In this document: positions 6,293 to 14,128 of the stretch, in pieces
Numbering within the stretch: the first letter of the stretch is position 1
Layout of the letters: each line of letters opens with the position of its first letter
DNA from: Candidatus Sericytochromatia bacterium
GTDB lineage: Bacteria; Cyanobacteriota; Sericytochromatia; S15B-MN24; JAQBPE01
Length of the DNA stretch: 25,854 nt
Assembly (NCBI GenBank): GCA_035285125.1
Contig: JAYKHR010000079.1
Location: forward strand, 1-25,854
Direction of reading: 5' to 3'
Made by a program: the position numbers and the translations under genes
The notes under the pieces: generated by a model
What the model saw: the letters and a program-made list of their open reading frames with translations, nothing else
Told to the model about the DNA's origin: nothing
Database searches by the model: none

Positions 6293-9200
6293 TCACGGGG
6301 TGTCGTGCTGCGGCCGGAAGCCTCGGTGCAGGAAGCCCTCGGGCATCAAGTTGCGTCGGATGGCCAGCCGCAGGGGCACCGAGTGGAAGTGGTGGCAGTG
6401 GAACAGCACCCGCGTGTGCTGCGAGACGGCGGCGAAGGCGCTCTGAACGGGCTGGGCCAGGGCGTCGCGGGCGGCCTTGAGCAGCTCGCGGGCCCGGCTG
6501 ACGCGAGCCACGGCCTCCGGGTGGTGGGGGCTCGCGCAGGCCAGGCCAAAGAGGGCGATGGCCTCGAGGCACGGGGCCCCTGCCTCCACGGCCTGTTGCA
6601 GGGCCGACTCGAACTGGGCCACGGCCCCCGGCCGGCCGGCCGCGAGCAGCGCCTCGCCCAGGCACACCGCCAGCCGCGAGGCCTCCAGCCGGACCCCGAT
6701 CTGCAGCGCGAGCTCGAGGCCCACTTGGGCCAGGCGCGCAGCCTCGTCCCAGCGACCCGCCGCGAGCTCGACCGCCGCCTTGGCACGCAGCGAGCGGACC
6801 TGGATGCCCTTGGACTGCGAGACGAGCGCCGCCTGGTAGGCCAGCTCGGCCCGCCAGCCAGCGTCGTCGAGCTCCTGCCGCCTCAGGTGGATCTCCGAGA
6901 GCAGGGCGTTGAGCTTGGCCTCTGGCGAGGTGTTGCCCGTCTGGTCGATCAGCTCCCGCAGGCTGCGGGCTGCGACCATGGCAGCCTCGTGCTGTCCGAC
7001 GAGCAGGTGCAGCTCGACCTGGCACAGCAGCACGGGCGCTTCGACGTACTTGTTCTTGATCTCTCGCGTGTAGCCCAGCGCGGCAGCCATCTGGTCCAGC
7101 ACGTGCTCGCCGCGTCCCGCCCAGGCGGAGGCGAGGGCGGCGAGGGCCGAGGCGTAGCCCTGTGCGTACTTCACGCTGTTCTTCTGGGAGACCTCGCCGG
7201 CCTCCTCCGCCCGGGCGATCGCCTCCGGCAAGTCGCCCAGCTCGATGGCGGTGATCGCCAGGTTGACCAGGGCCACGACCTCGTCGGGCCGCAGGCCTGC
7301 CTCGTAGCTGATGGTTCGCCCGGCCAGGAAGCTGGCTCGTGCCTGCCGGTGGTCCCCCAGCGTGTTCCGCGCGTCACCCAGCAGGTTGTATGAGTTGACC
7401 AGGCCCAGCTTTTCCCCGACGGGCAGCAGCACCTTCAGGGAGTTCTCGAGCAACTCGATGCCGTGCGGGATCTGCCCAGGGTCCGAGGACGCCACGCAGA
7501 AGTAGCCTGCCAGGGCGTAGGCCGCGCCCTGCAGGGGGATGTCTCCGACCTGCTCGGCCACGGAGGCGGCCCGGTTGGCTCGCTCCAACGCATCCGAGAT
7601 CTTGCCGCTGAAGAACTGGGCCCGGGCTGCGGACATCAGGCAGCGGCTGACGTTGAAGCCGTCCCCCTCCGCCTCGCTGACGCGCACGGCCCGCTGCGCG
7701 TAGTCGAGTGCCACCTGAACCTCGCCGAGCAGCAGCGCGGCCTTGGCCTGGGAGCCCAGCAGGCGCCCGAGGTCCGCGCGCTTCCCGATCCGCTCGGCCA
7801 GGTCGATCGCCTCTGCCTGGACCTCCTTGGCGCCCTTGGCGTCGCCGCGGGGGCGCCGGATCGCGCCCAGCGCTGTTAAGTACCGCAGCAGCGTGTCCTG
7901 CACGTCCTGCTCGTCGGCCTCGCGCACGAACGCCAGGCCCGCGGCGATGAACTCCTCGGCCTCCTCGAGCGCGAGCAGAGCCAGGCGGCGGCTGCCCGCC
8001 TCGAGGGCGTAGGGGATGGCCCGCGCCCGGTCCCGGGCTGCCAGGCTGTGGCGTGCCAACCACGTGACCACCTCGAGGGGCTGCTCAGCCAGGGGCGTGC
8101 CCCCCAGCGAGGCCTCCAGGGCCAGCAGGCAGCGGACGTGGAGCGCCTCGCGCTGGGGCAGCGGCAGGGCCTCGTACAGGAGGCGCTGCACCTCGCTGCT
8201 CGCGAAGGCGAGGTGGCCGTCGTCCGTCGTGCGCAGGAACTGGGCGACTTCCAGGCTGTGGACAGCGTCGAGCAGGTCGTCTTCAGGCAGGTCCGCGACG
8301 GCCTGGAGCAGCTCGAGGGGGAACTGCTCGCCGACGACCGCGGCCACGGAGGCCAGCTCTCGCGCCGGCGCCGCGAGGCCCTCCAGCTGCCGCAGGCGGT
8401 AGGCCGCGCTGTCGGTGGGCACGTGCTCGCGCGAGAGCACGATGTCGGTGTTCCAGCGCCGGCCCTCCGACACCAGCACCCGCTCGCTCACGAGGTGCTC
8501 CAGCATCTGCTCGATGAGCATCGGGTTGCCCTGGCCCATCTCGTGCACCTGGTCGATAAAGCCCGGCGCGACGGTGTTGGTGCCCAGCATCGACGAGAGC
8601 ATCTGGCCCACGCCTTCCCGACTGAGGGGCGGCAAGGCCACCTGCACGGCGCGGGCCAGCCACTCGGGGGAGGGGCTGGGGGCCATTCGGGAGCTCAGCA
8701 CGACGAGGAGGGGGAGGGCCTCGGTGTTGCGGAGCATGTACTCCATCAGCTCCATGGAGAGCGAGTCCGCCCGGTGCCAGTCGTCGAAGGCGAGCACCAG
8801 GCCTCCGGGCTTCGCGAGCTCGCCCAGCAGCACCGTGACGGCGTCCTGGAGGCGAACCTTCTCGCGGGCCGGCGGGTCGAGTTCCGGGGCCGGCACGACG
8901 GGACGCCCCTCGGGCGTGGTGAGGGTGGGGATGAGCTTGACGAGCACGGGGGCCAGCCGCTCCACCACGTCGGGCACGCGGACGCGGGCCAGCGGCAGGG
9001 CCCGTCTCAGGGCCTCGACAAACGGGCCGTAAGGGCCGGGGGTGCCGCGCTGCGTGACGTGGAGGTGCAGCACGTCGGCGGCCTGCGTCTCGAAGCGAAG
9101 CTCGTCGAGGAGCCGCGACTTGCCCGAACCGGTCTCTCCTAGCAGCAGGATCGTGGCGCCGCTCTCCCGCCGCGCCACCCGCTCGAGGGGCGTCGTCAGC

Positions 9201-10054
9201 AGGCGCAGCTGGCTGTCGCGCTCAAGCATCGGGGCGGACAGCAGGGCGCCGCCGATGCCCGTCGGGACCTCCACGCCCAAGAGCTCCAGCACCTCGTAGG
9301 CAGACTGGAACCGCTCCACCGGCTCCTTGGCGAGGAGCGTCATCACCACCCGCTCCAGCGTCGGGTCGACGCCCTTGCACACGCTCGAAGGCGGCGGCGG
9401 CGGGGTGTTGAGGTGATGGCGCAACAAATCCATCAGCACGGGGCTGTTGAACGGGAGCTGCCCGGTGATCATCTCGTAGGCCAGCGCGCCGAGGGCGTAG
9501 AGGTCGGCGCGTCGGTCCACGCGGCCGCGCTTGATGACCTCCGGCGCGAGGTAGCCCACCGTGCCCCGGATCGGGCCGCCCGAGTGGCCCGCGAGGTCCA
9601 TCAGGCCGAAGTCCATGAGCTTGACCGTGCCGTCGGGCTTCACGCGGACGTTGGCGCTCTTGATGTCGGAGTGGACGTAGCCGAGCTGGTGGACGTAGCC
9701 GAGCGCGAGACAAAGCTGAGCGAGCACCGGCACGACGCGGTCCGCCGGCAGCGGCACCACCTCGTCCACACCGTGCCCGGGGACGAGCTCCATGGTCAAG
9801 AAGGGATCCCCCGACTCGAGCTGGCCGTAGTCGTAGACGGCGCAGCAGTTCGGGTGGCGCAACTGGGTCATCAGCCGGAACTCTTGCTTCAGCTGCAGGT
9901 AGGACTTCTCCCCACCCTGCGCGTTGGAGCTGAGCACCTTCATGGCGAGCGTCTGACCCGTGGCGCTCTCTTCGACCTGATAAACCGCTCCCATGGCGCC
10001 TTCACCGAGGGGACGGACGATTTTGTATCTGTTGTCGAGCAACTCGGTGGGCAT
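6293..10054 (-). CDS. Ser/Thr kinase - STAND/AAA ATPase - TPR multidomain signalling protein
   Basis: LGEGAMGAVY, AMKVL, HSDIKSAN, DFG, GTVGYLAPE; Walker A GETGSGKS; Walker B LAFDDWH; GNPMLIE; long Ala/Leu-rich TPR-like C-terminus. Start set at ATG 10054 (MPTELL). Confidence 0.92.
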   Translation of the reverse strand: MPTELLDNRYKIVRPLGEGAMGAVYQVEESATGQTLAMKVLSSNAQGGEKSYLQLKQEFRLMTQLRHPNCCAVYDYGQLESGDPFLTMELVPGHGVDEVVPLPADRVVPVLAQLCLALGYVHQLGYVHSDIKSANVRVKPDGTVKLMDFGLMDLAGHSGGPIRGTVGYLAPEVIKRGRVDRRADLYALGALAYEMITGQLPFNSPVLMDLLRHHLNTPPPPPSSVCKGVDPTLERVVMTLLAKEPVERFQSAYEVLELLGVEVPTGIGGALLSAPMLERDSQLRLLTTPLERVARRESGATILLLGETGSGKSRLLDELRFETQAADVLHLHVTQRGTPGPYGPFVEALRRALPLARVRVPDVVERLAPVLVKLIPTLTTPEGRPVVPAPELDPPAREKVRLQDAVTVLLGELAKPGGLVLAFDDWHRADSLSMELMEYMLRNTEALPLLVVLSSRMAPSPSPEWLARAVQVALPPLSREGVGQMLSSMLGTNTVAPGFIDQVHEMGQGNPMLIEQMLEHLVSERVLVSEGRRWNTDIVLSREHVPTDSAAYRLRQLEGLAAPARELASVAAVVGEQFPLELLQAVADLPEDDLLDAVHSLEVAQFLRTTDDGHLAFASSEVQRLLYEALPLPQREALHVRCLLALEASLGGTPLAEQPLEVVTWLARHSLAARDRARAIPYALEAGSRRLALLALEEAEEFIAAGLAFVREADEQDVQDTLLRYLTALGAIRRPRGDAKGAKEVQAEAIDLAERIGKRADLGRLLGSQAKAALLLGEVQVALDYAQRAVRVSEAEGDGFNVSRCLMSAARAQFFSGKISDALERANRAASVAEQVGDIPLQGAAYALAGYFCVASSDPGQIPHGIELLENSLKVLLPVGEKLGLVNSYNLLGDARNTLGDHRQARASFLAGRTISYEAGLRPDEVVALVNLAITAIELGDLPEAIARAEEAGEVSQKNSVKYAQGYASALAALASAWAGRGEHVLDQMAAALGYTREIKNKYVEAPVLLCQVELHLLVGQHEAAMVAARSLRELIDQTGNTSPEAKLNALLSEIHLRRQELDDAGWRAELAYQAALVSQSKGIQVRSLRAKAAVELAAGRWDEAARLAQVGLELALQIGVRLEASRLAVCLGEALLAAGRPGAVAQFESALQQAVEAGAPCLEAIALFGLACASPHHPEAVARVSRARELLKAARDALAQPVQSAFAAVSQHTRVLFHCHHFHSVPLRLAIRRNLMPEGFLHRGFRPQHDTP

Positions 10055-10138
10055 CAACCGTTCGGGACCCGGGAGGCATGACCGGGCACACAAGAGGTTC
10101 TTACCCACGGAAGCGGCTGACGCGCGGACACCGGCCAC

Positions 10139-10537
10139 TCAATGCCCGGCGTGGGGGGGGTGGGGCCTTGGGCGGCGCGGCTTGACGGGCCAACCGCCGC
10201 CTGCCGCCGAGGGGGCAGGCGAGCCCGCGGCGGGGGTGGCCGCGCCGTCGTGGCCCGCGCCGTGCGGAGCGGCATGGTGATCGCCATGGCCTGCGCCGTG
10301 GGGGGGGGCCGGCGCGTCGCCGTGGCCTGCGCCGTGGGGGGCGGCCGGCGGGTCGCCGTGACCTGCGCCGTGGGGGGCGGATACCTGACCGTGGCCTCCT
10401 CCCGGCGCTCGGTGGCGCTTGTCGTAAGGATCGTCAGGCGGCGTGCCCCAGCGCATGAAGGCCCAGACGCTCCCGGCCATGAGCAGGCCGATCAGCACCA
10501 CGCCGAGGACCAGCGACCTGAGTTCATCGTCCCGCAT
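10139..10537 (-). CDS. Single-pass membrane protein with His-rich tandem repeats
   Basis: RBS-like GAGGAAG, N-terminal TM segment (LVLGVVLIGLLMAGSVWAFM), four PHGAGH repeats; fills the gap between co-oriented genes. Confidence 0.7.
   Translation of the reverse strand: MRDDELRSLVLGVVLIGLLMAGSVWAFMRWGTPPDDPYDKRHRAPGGGHGQVSAPHGAGHGDPPAAPHGAGHGDAPAPPHGAGHGDHHAAPHGAGHDGAATPAAGSPAPSAAGGGWPVKPRRPRPHPPHAGH
10250..10378 (-). repeat. 36-nt coding tandem repeat, about 3.5-4 copies, encoding (A/P)PHGAGHGDxxA
   Basis: Recurring CC(T/C)GCGCCGTG on the + strand at 36-nt spacing; residues 54-96 of the protein. Confidence 0.85.
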
Positions 10538-10570
10538 CGCCCCGCTTCCTCGCGCCGTCGACCGAGCTGC

Positions 10571-11407
10571 TCAGTCGACCGTCAGGGCCCACGGGCCCGC
10601 AGCCCGCTCCACGGCGAGGTAGTACCACCCCGTCTGGAAAATCATGTAGGGGAAGCTGACGGCTAGCGGGCCGACCCCGCTGTAGAGGTTCTCGCCGAGC
10701 AGGCCGTCGGCGGTATACAGGCTGACCTGGAAGGGGCCAACGGCGCCGCGATGGGTGATCGAGAAGGTGTGGATGCCGCTCGTCAGCAGCACGGGCCCCA
10801 GGATGGCCGGCTGGCCGTCCGGCCCCACGTAGCTGAGGGCCTCGCCCGTCTCGACCGGTGCCGGCGTGGCCTTCACCGAGCCGGCCAGCTGCGGCGGCAG
10901 CGCCTCAGGCTTCGTCGCGGGCGGCGGCACGGCCTCGTCGTCGGGCGGTGGGGCTGTGGCGGCCTTGTCCTTCACGATGGTCAGCACGGCCAACCCCTTC
11001 ACCTTGGTGTCGAGCGCGTAGGCCGCGACGATGGTCACGCGCCCCTCGCGCAGCGCCGTCACGGCGCCGGTGGTGGCGTTCACGGTGGCGATCGTGTCGT
11101 CGGAGGACGACCACACCACGTTGCCGTTGATCTGCCCGTCCGCCAGCTGCACCTCGGCGATCAGGCGCAGGCTCTCCGAGGGCTCCATGACGGGCTTGCC
11201 AGGGGAGACCAGCACCTTCAACGCCCCGTTGGCGGCAGCCGCAGCGCTGCCGGGGGGGGGCGGCGCCGACGAGGAGGCCAAAGCGGGCGTCTCGCTGGCT
11301 CTGCCCCAGGGTCCCTCCTCGGGGGTGACGCTGACCGGCTCCACCAACAGGCAGCCTGGCAAGGCCAAGGTCGAGAGGGCTAGGGCTAGGCGGGGGGCGC
11401 GCGGCAT
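10571..11407 (-). CDS. Lipoprotein with bacterial Ig-like (Big_2) domain and C-terminal beta-rich domain
   Basis: ATG at 11407, signal MPRAPRLALALSTLALPGC (lipobox). VVWSSSDDTIATVNATTGAVTALREGRVTIVA is a Big_2 signature; Pro/Ala linkers. Confidence 0.8.
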   Translation of the reverse strand: MPRAPRLALALSTLALPGCLLVEPVSVTPEEGPWGRASETPALASSSAPPPPGSAAAAANGALKVLVSPGKPVMEPSESLRLIAEVQLADGQINGNVVWSSSDDTIATVNATTGAVTALREGRVTIVAAYALDTKVKGLAVLTIVKDKAATAPPPDDEAVPPPATKPEALPPQLAGSVKATPAPVETGEALSYVGPDGQPAILGPVLLTSGIHTFSITHRGAVGPFQVSLYTADGLLGENLYSGVGPLAVSFPYMIFQTGWYYLAVERAAGPWALTVD

Positions 11408-11436
11408 CGGGTGGTTCCTGCTTCGGGGGCAGCAAC

Positions 11437-11445
11437 AGGATACCA
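11437..11445 (-). promoter_or_regulatory. Extended -10 element (TGGTATCCT) for the Ig-like lipoprotein
   Basis: TGnTAnnnT match 29 nt upstream of the ATG. Confidence 0.45.
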
Positions 11446-11592
11446 CCCGGGGGACCGTGTGGGCAGAGGTCCCACGGCCAGGCTCCGGGGGCCTGGACCG
11501 GGTCGCGGGCCACCTGGCGGGTGCCCCCTTGCACAAGGTTGTTTTTCTGGTAAAACCGTCAGTGCTGGTGGCGGAGATTGAGGTGAGGCAGG

Positions 11593-12378
11593 TTGCGAGG
11601 GGCTATCCTCGGAGACATAATCGGCTCGTGTTCGACTTTGTGGGCTGCTCGGGCCACGCTCGACCCCCGGGCGGCCTGCAAGGACGGCACCGTGCTGACG
11701 CTGGCCGTCGCGCAACACCTGCTGGAGGGTGAGCCCCTCGCGGAGGTCCTTCGGGTGGCCTTCAAGCAGTACCCCTACGCGGGCTATGGCTGGCACTTCA
11801 TGCAATGGGCCTCGGCGCCCACCGGCAGCGGTCCGTATGGCTCGCTGGGCAACGGCGCAGCCCTGCGCGTGAGCCCCGTCGCCTGGACCCGCGACACCCT
11901 GGACGGGGTGCTGGCCGACGCGGCCCGGACAGCCGCCGTCACGCACGATCATGCTGAGGGCGTCCGGGGCGCCGTGGCGCTTGCCGCGGCGATCTTCCTG
12001 GGGCGAACCCAGCCCCGGGATCGCCCGCTGCTGGAGCGCCAGGCGACGATCCGCGAGATGGTCGGGGTTCTCAGCGGCTACGACCTCGAGGTGCCGCGAG
12101 CCCAGGTCCGCGCCACGTGGGCGTGCGACTTCACGGCCGCAGGCTCCGTGCCGCCGGCCCTGATCGCCGCCCTGACGGCCTCAAGCTGGGAGGAGGCCAT
12201 TGCACTTGCGCTGGGATTCTCGGCGGGTTGCACCAGGCTCACGTGCCTGGCGGGGGCCGTCGCCGAGGGCCTCTTCGGGGTGCCGGAGCCCCTCTGGCGC
12301 CAGGCCCTCACGCGGCTAGACGCGCGGCAGGCGGCGCTGGTGCAGCGGTTTGAGGCCAACGCGAGGGTCTCGTCTTAG
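11593..12378 (+). CDS. ADP-ribosylglycohydrolase (DraG/ARH) family protein with degenerate catalytic motifs; possible pseudogene
   Basis: GAILGDIIGS, GYG, SLGNGAALRVSP, THDHAEG and GAVAE are retained. The expected TDD reads KDG and the expected GDxDT reads AGCTR. Confidence 0.8.
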   Translation: MRGAILGDIIGSCSTLWAARATLDPRAACKDGTVLTLAVAQHLLEGEPLAEVLRVAFKQYPYAGYGWHFMQWASAPTGSGPYGSLGNGAALRVSPVAWTRDTLDGVLADAARTAAVTHDHAEGVRGAVALAAAIFLGRTQPRDRPLLERQATIREMVGVLSGYDLEVPRAQVRATWACDFTAAGSVPPALIAALTASSWEEAIALALGFSAGCTRLTCLAGAVAEGLFGVPEPLWRQALTRLDARQAALVQRFEANARVSS

Positions 12379-12403
12379 CCTCTTCTTAACCAGAGCTTGG
12401 CAT
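12374..12403 (+). promoter_or_regulatory. Candidate Pho box (three 8-mers, 11-bp period)
   Basis: CTTAGCCT-ctt-CTTAACCA-gag-CTTGGCAT resembles the cyanobacterial SphR repeat PyTTAAPyPy(T/A) with 3-nt spacers. Confidence 0.45.
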
Positions 12404-12484
12404 TGGGGGCGTCAGGCCCGCGGCCTGGGCCCCGACAAGGTGGATGTGGTCCCCCTGCCGCAGCTGGCTTCGGAAAGGCACCCC

Positions 12485-13258
12485 ATGAAGCGCCTGGTCT
12501 CTTCCCTGGCACTGGTCCTGGTCACCGCGGGGTGTGGTGTCAGCCCGGGGGCCGTGTCGCCTGCAGCCCCCACGCTGCGCGCCGCCGAGGCCGCGCTGGC
12601 CGCTGAGGCGCGCACCGGCATCAAGGGGCAGCTGCGCCTGGCCCGGCGCCCCTGGTCAGTGTTCCGCCCGACCTACGACCTGCTCGAAGGGGACCGCCGC
12701 GTCGGCACCCTGCAACGCAAGTTCTTCGCCACGACCTCCACGTGGCGCCTGATGGACGGCAATGAGCAGGAGATCGGCTTGGCGGAGCAGGCCGCCGTGA
12801 GCCTCGGCTTCCGGGCGCTGGTGCGCTCCAGCCGCGGCGCCGTGGTGGGCGAGGTGCGCCAGGACGTCCTGCGGAGCTTCTTTCGTCCAGGCGTGGTGCT
12901 CAGGGTCCTCGACGCCGAGCAGCAACTCGTGATGCGCAGCAGCCCTGCCTGGTTCACCCTGCAGGCCCGCGTGGACCTGCTGGACGACCAGAACCAGCGC
13001 ATCGGCACGATGGTGCCCGTCTGGTTTGCACGGGGCGAGGCGCGGCTTCTGGACCTGCAGCAGGGGGTGGACAGGCGCCTGCTGCTGGCCTTCCTCGCGG
13101 CCCAGATCGATCTGGCCGACCGCCGCTCGAGCTCGGACGACAGCCCGTCGCCCGCGCCGTCGGCCGCCCCTGACCCTGCTCCAGCGCCGCCGCAGCCCAC
13201 CTTGCCCCCGCCACCGCCCGCGCCGCCCGTGCCCTCCGCGCCGCCGCCGCTGCCCTGA
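12485..13258 (+). CDS. Lipoprotein with LURP-one/scramblase (Tubby C-like) domain and Pro-rich tail
   Basis: RBS GGAAAGG; MKRLVSSLALVLVTAGC lipobox; repeated beta units (YDLLEGDRRVGTL, WRLMDGNEQEIG, LRVLDAEQQLV, DLLDDQNQRIG) and a closing helix DRRLLLAFLAAQID. Confidence 0.72.
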   Translation: MKRLVSSLALVLVTAGCGVSPGAVSPAAPTLRAAEAALAAEARTGIKGQLRLARRPWSVFRPTYDLLEGDRRVGTLQRKFFATTSTWRLMDGNEQEIGLAEQAAVSLGFRALVRSSRGAVVGEVRQDVLRSFFRPGVVLRVLDAEQQLVMRSSPAWFTLQARVDLLDDQNQRIGTMVPVWFARGEARLLDLQQGVDRRLLLAFLAAQIDLADRRSSSDDSPSPAPSAAPDPAPAPPQPTLPPPPPAPPVPSAPPPLP

Positions 13259-13280
13259 TAGCGACGGCGACCGAGCCCGG

Positions 13281-14015
13281 TCAGTCCTCGATCAGGTACC
13301 GAGTCTCCTGCGTCTTGGCCTCGAGCCGCACGCCCAGCGTCCACCCCGAGTACTCGGCGGCGAACGGCAGGTAGAGGTACCCCAGGCTGACGGCCATGCG
13401 GCTGCCCCGCACGAACGGCGTGGGCAGGCTCAACGAGGCGCTGGGCTCGAGCGACAGGTTCTGCCCGAGCGGGTTCGGCCCGATGTGGGCGAGGTCCTGC
13501 GTCAGCCCGACGTGGAGGTTGGCGTCCAGCCCCAGCCAGGAGGGCGTGCGGTCGGCGAAGCCTGTCCAGCCAGGCCACAGGCCATCCCCCCGGAGGCCGG
13601 GCAGGCGGGACTCGAGGCCGACGAGCACCCCCGCGTAGCCGAAAATCGGCGCGAGTTCCCGACCCGCCTGGCCGATCGGGGGCGTGCCGTAGGCCATGCC
13701 CCCGACGTACACGGGGCGGAAGAAGGTCAGGTAGCGCACGCTGCGGAAGCCGTAGAGCGCGCCGGTGTAGCGATCGTTGTCGATCAGCTTCACCTCCGGG
13801 CCAAACTTGGAGCGCTGCACGCGACGCTCCTTGCCGCCGGCGGGCGTCATCCCGGGGGGCAGGGGCGCTGCGTTGGGGTCGACCTCACCGAAGACCTGGT
13901 CGCGCACGAGCTCCAGCGTCGCGCAGCCGCCGCACGCGAGCAGGGCGACCAGCAAGCCGAGCGACCCGGCGAGGTGGCACGCCACGGGCGGGCCTGAGGG
14001 GGCGCAGGGGGGCAC
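13281..14015 (-). CDS. Hypothetical lipoprotein with amphipathic beta-strands (possible small outer-membrane barrel)
   Basis: GAGGAA before GTG at 14015; LLVALLACGGC lipobox-like segment; alternating strands VYVGGMAYG, FGYAGVLVGLE, LDANLHVG, LSLEPSASLS, MAVSLGYLY and WTLGVRLE. Confidence 0.65.
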   Translation of the reverse strand: MPPCAPSGPPVACHLAGSLGLLVALLACGGCATLELVRDQVFGEVDPNAAPLPPGMTPAGGKERRVQRSKFGPEVKLIDNDRYTGALYGFRSVRYLTFFRPVYVGGMAYGTPPIGQAGRELAPIFGYAGVLVGLESRLPGLRGDGLWPGWTGFADRTPSWLGLDANLHVGLTQDLAHIGPNPLGQNLSLEPSASLSLPTPFVRGSRMAVSLGYLYLPFAAEYSGWTLGVRLEAKTQETRYLIED

Positions 14016-14042
14016 GGACGTTCCTCGGCAGGGGGCTCGGCC

Positions 14043-14089
14043 ATTGTACCCGCGCCGCTCGTGCGTCGGTGGGCAGGACCCGGTATGAT
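14043..14089. promoter_or_regulatory. Divergent -10 elements: TACAAT (minus, 14043-14048) and TATGAT (plus, 14084-14089)
   Basis: Both are preceded by GG and lie 27-39 nt upstream of the divergent start codons. Confidence 0.45.
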
Positions 14090-14128
14090 GCGGAGGTTCT
14101 CCCCGCCTCTTGCCCCGAGGTCTGCCTG

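Noticed and set aside
10250..10378. 36-nt periodic repeat as a CRISPR array
   Set aside because: The units are adjacent with no unique spacers, stay in frame and encode a peptide repeat; no cas genes are present.
11593..12378. Link between the ARH-family gene and selenium biology (SelJ-like)
   Set aside because: There is no in-frame TGA and no linkage to the peroxiredoxin 5 kb away on the other strand; only the superfamily is shared.
13140..13258. C-rich low-complexity tract
   Set aside because: Explained by the Pro/Ala-rich tail of the lipoprotein.
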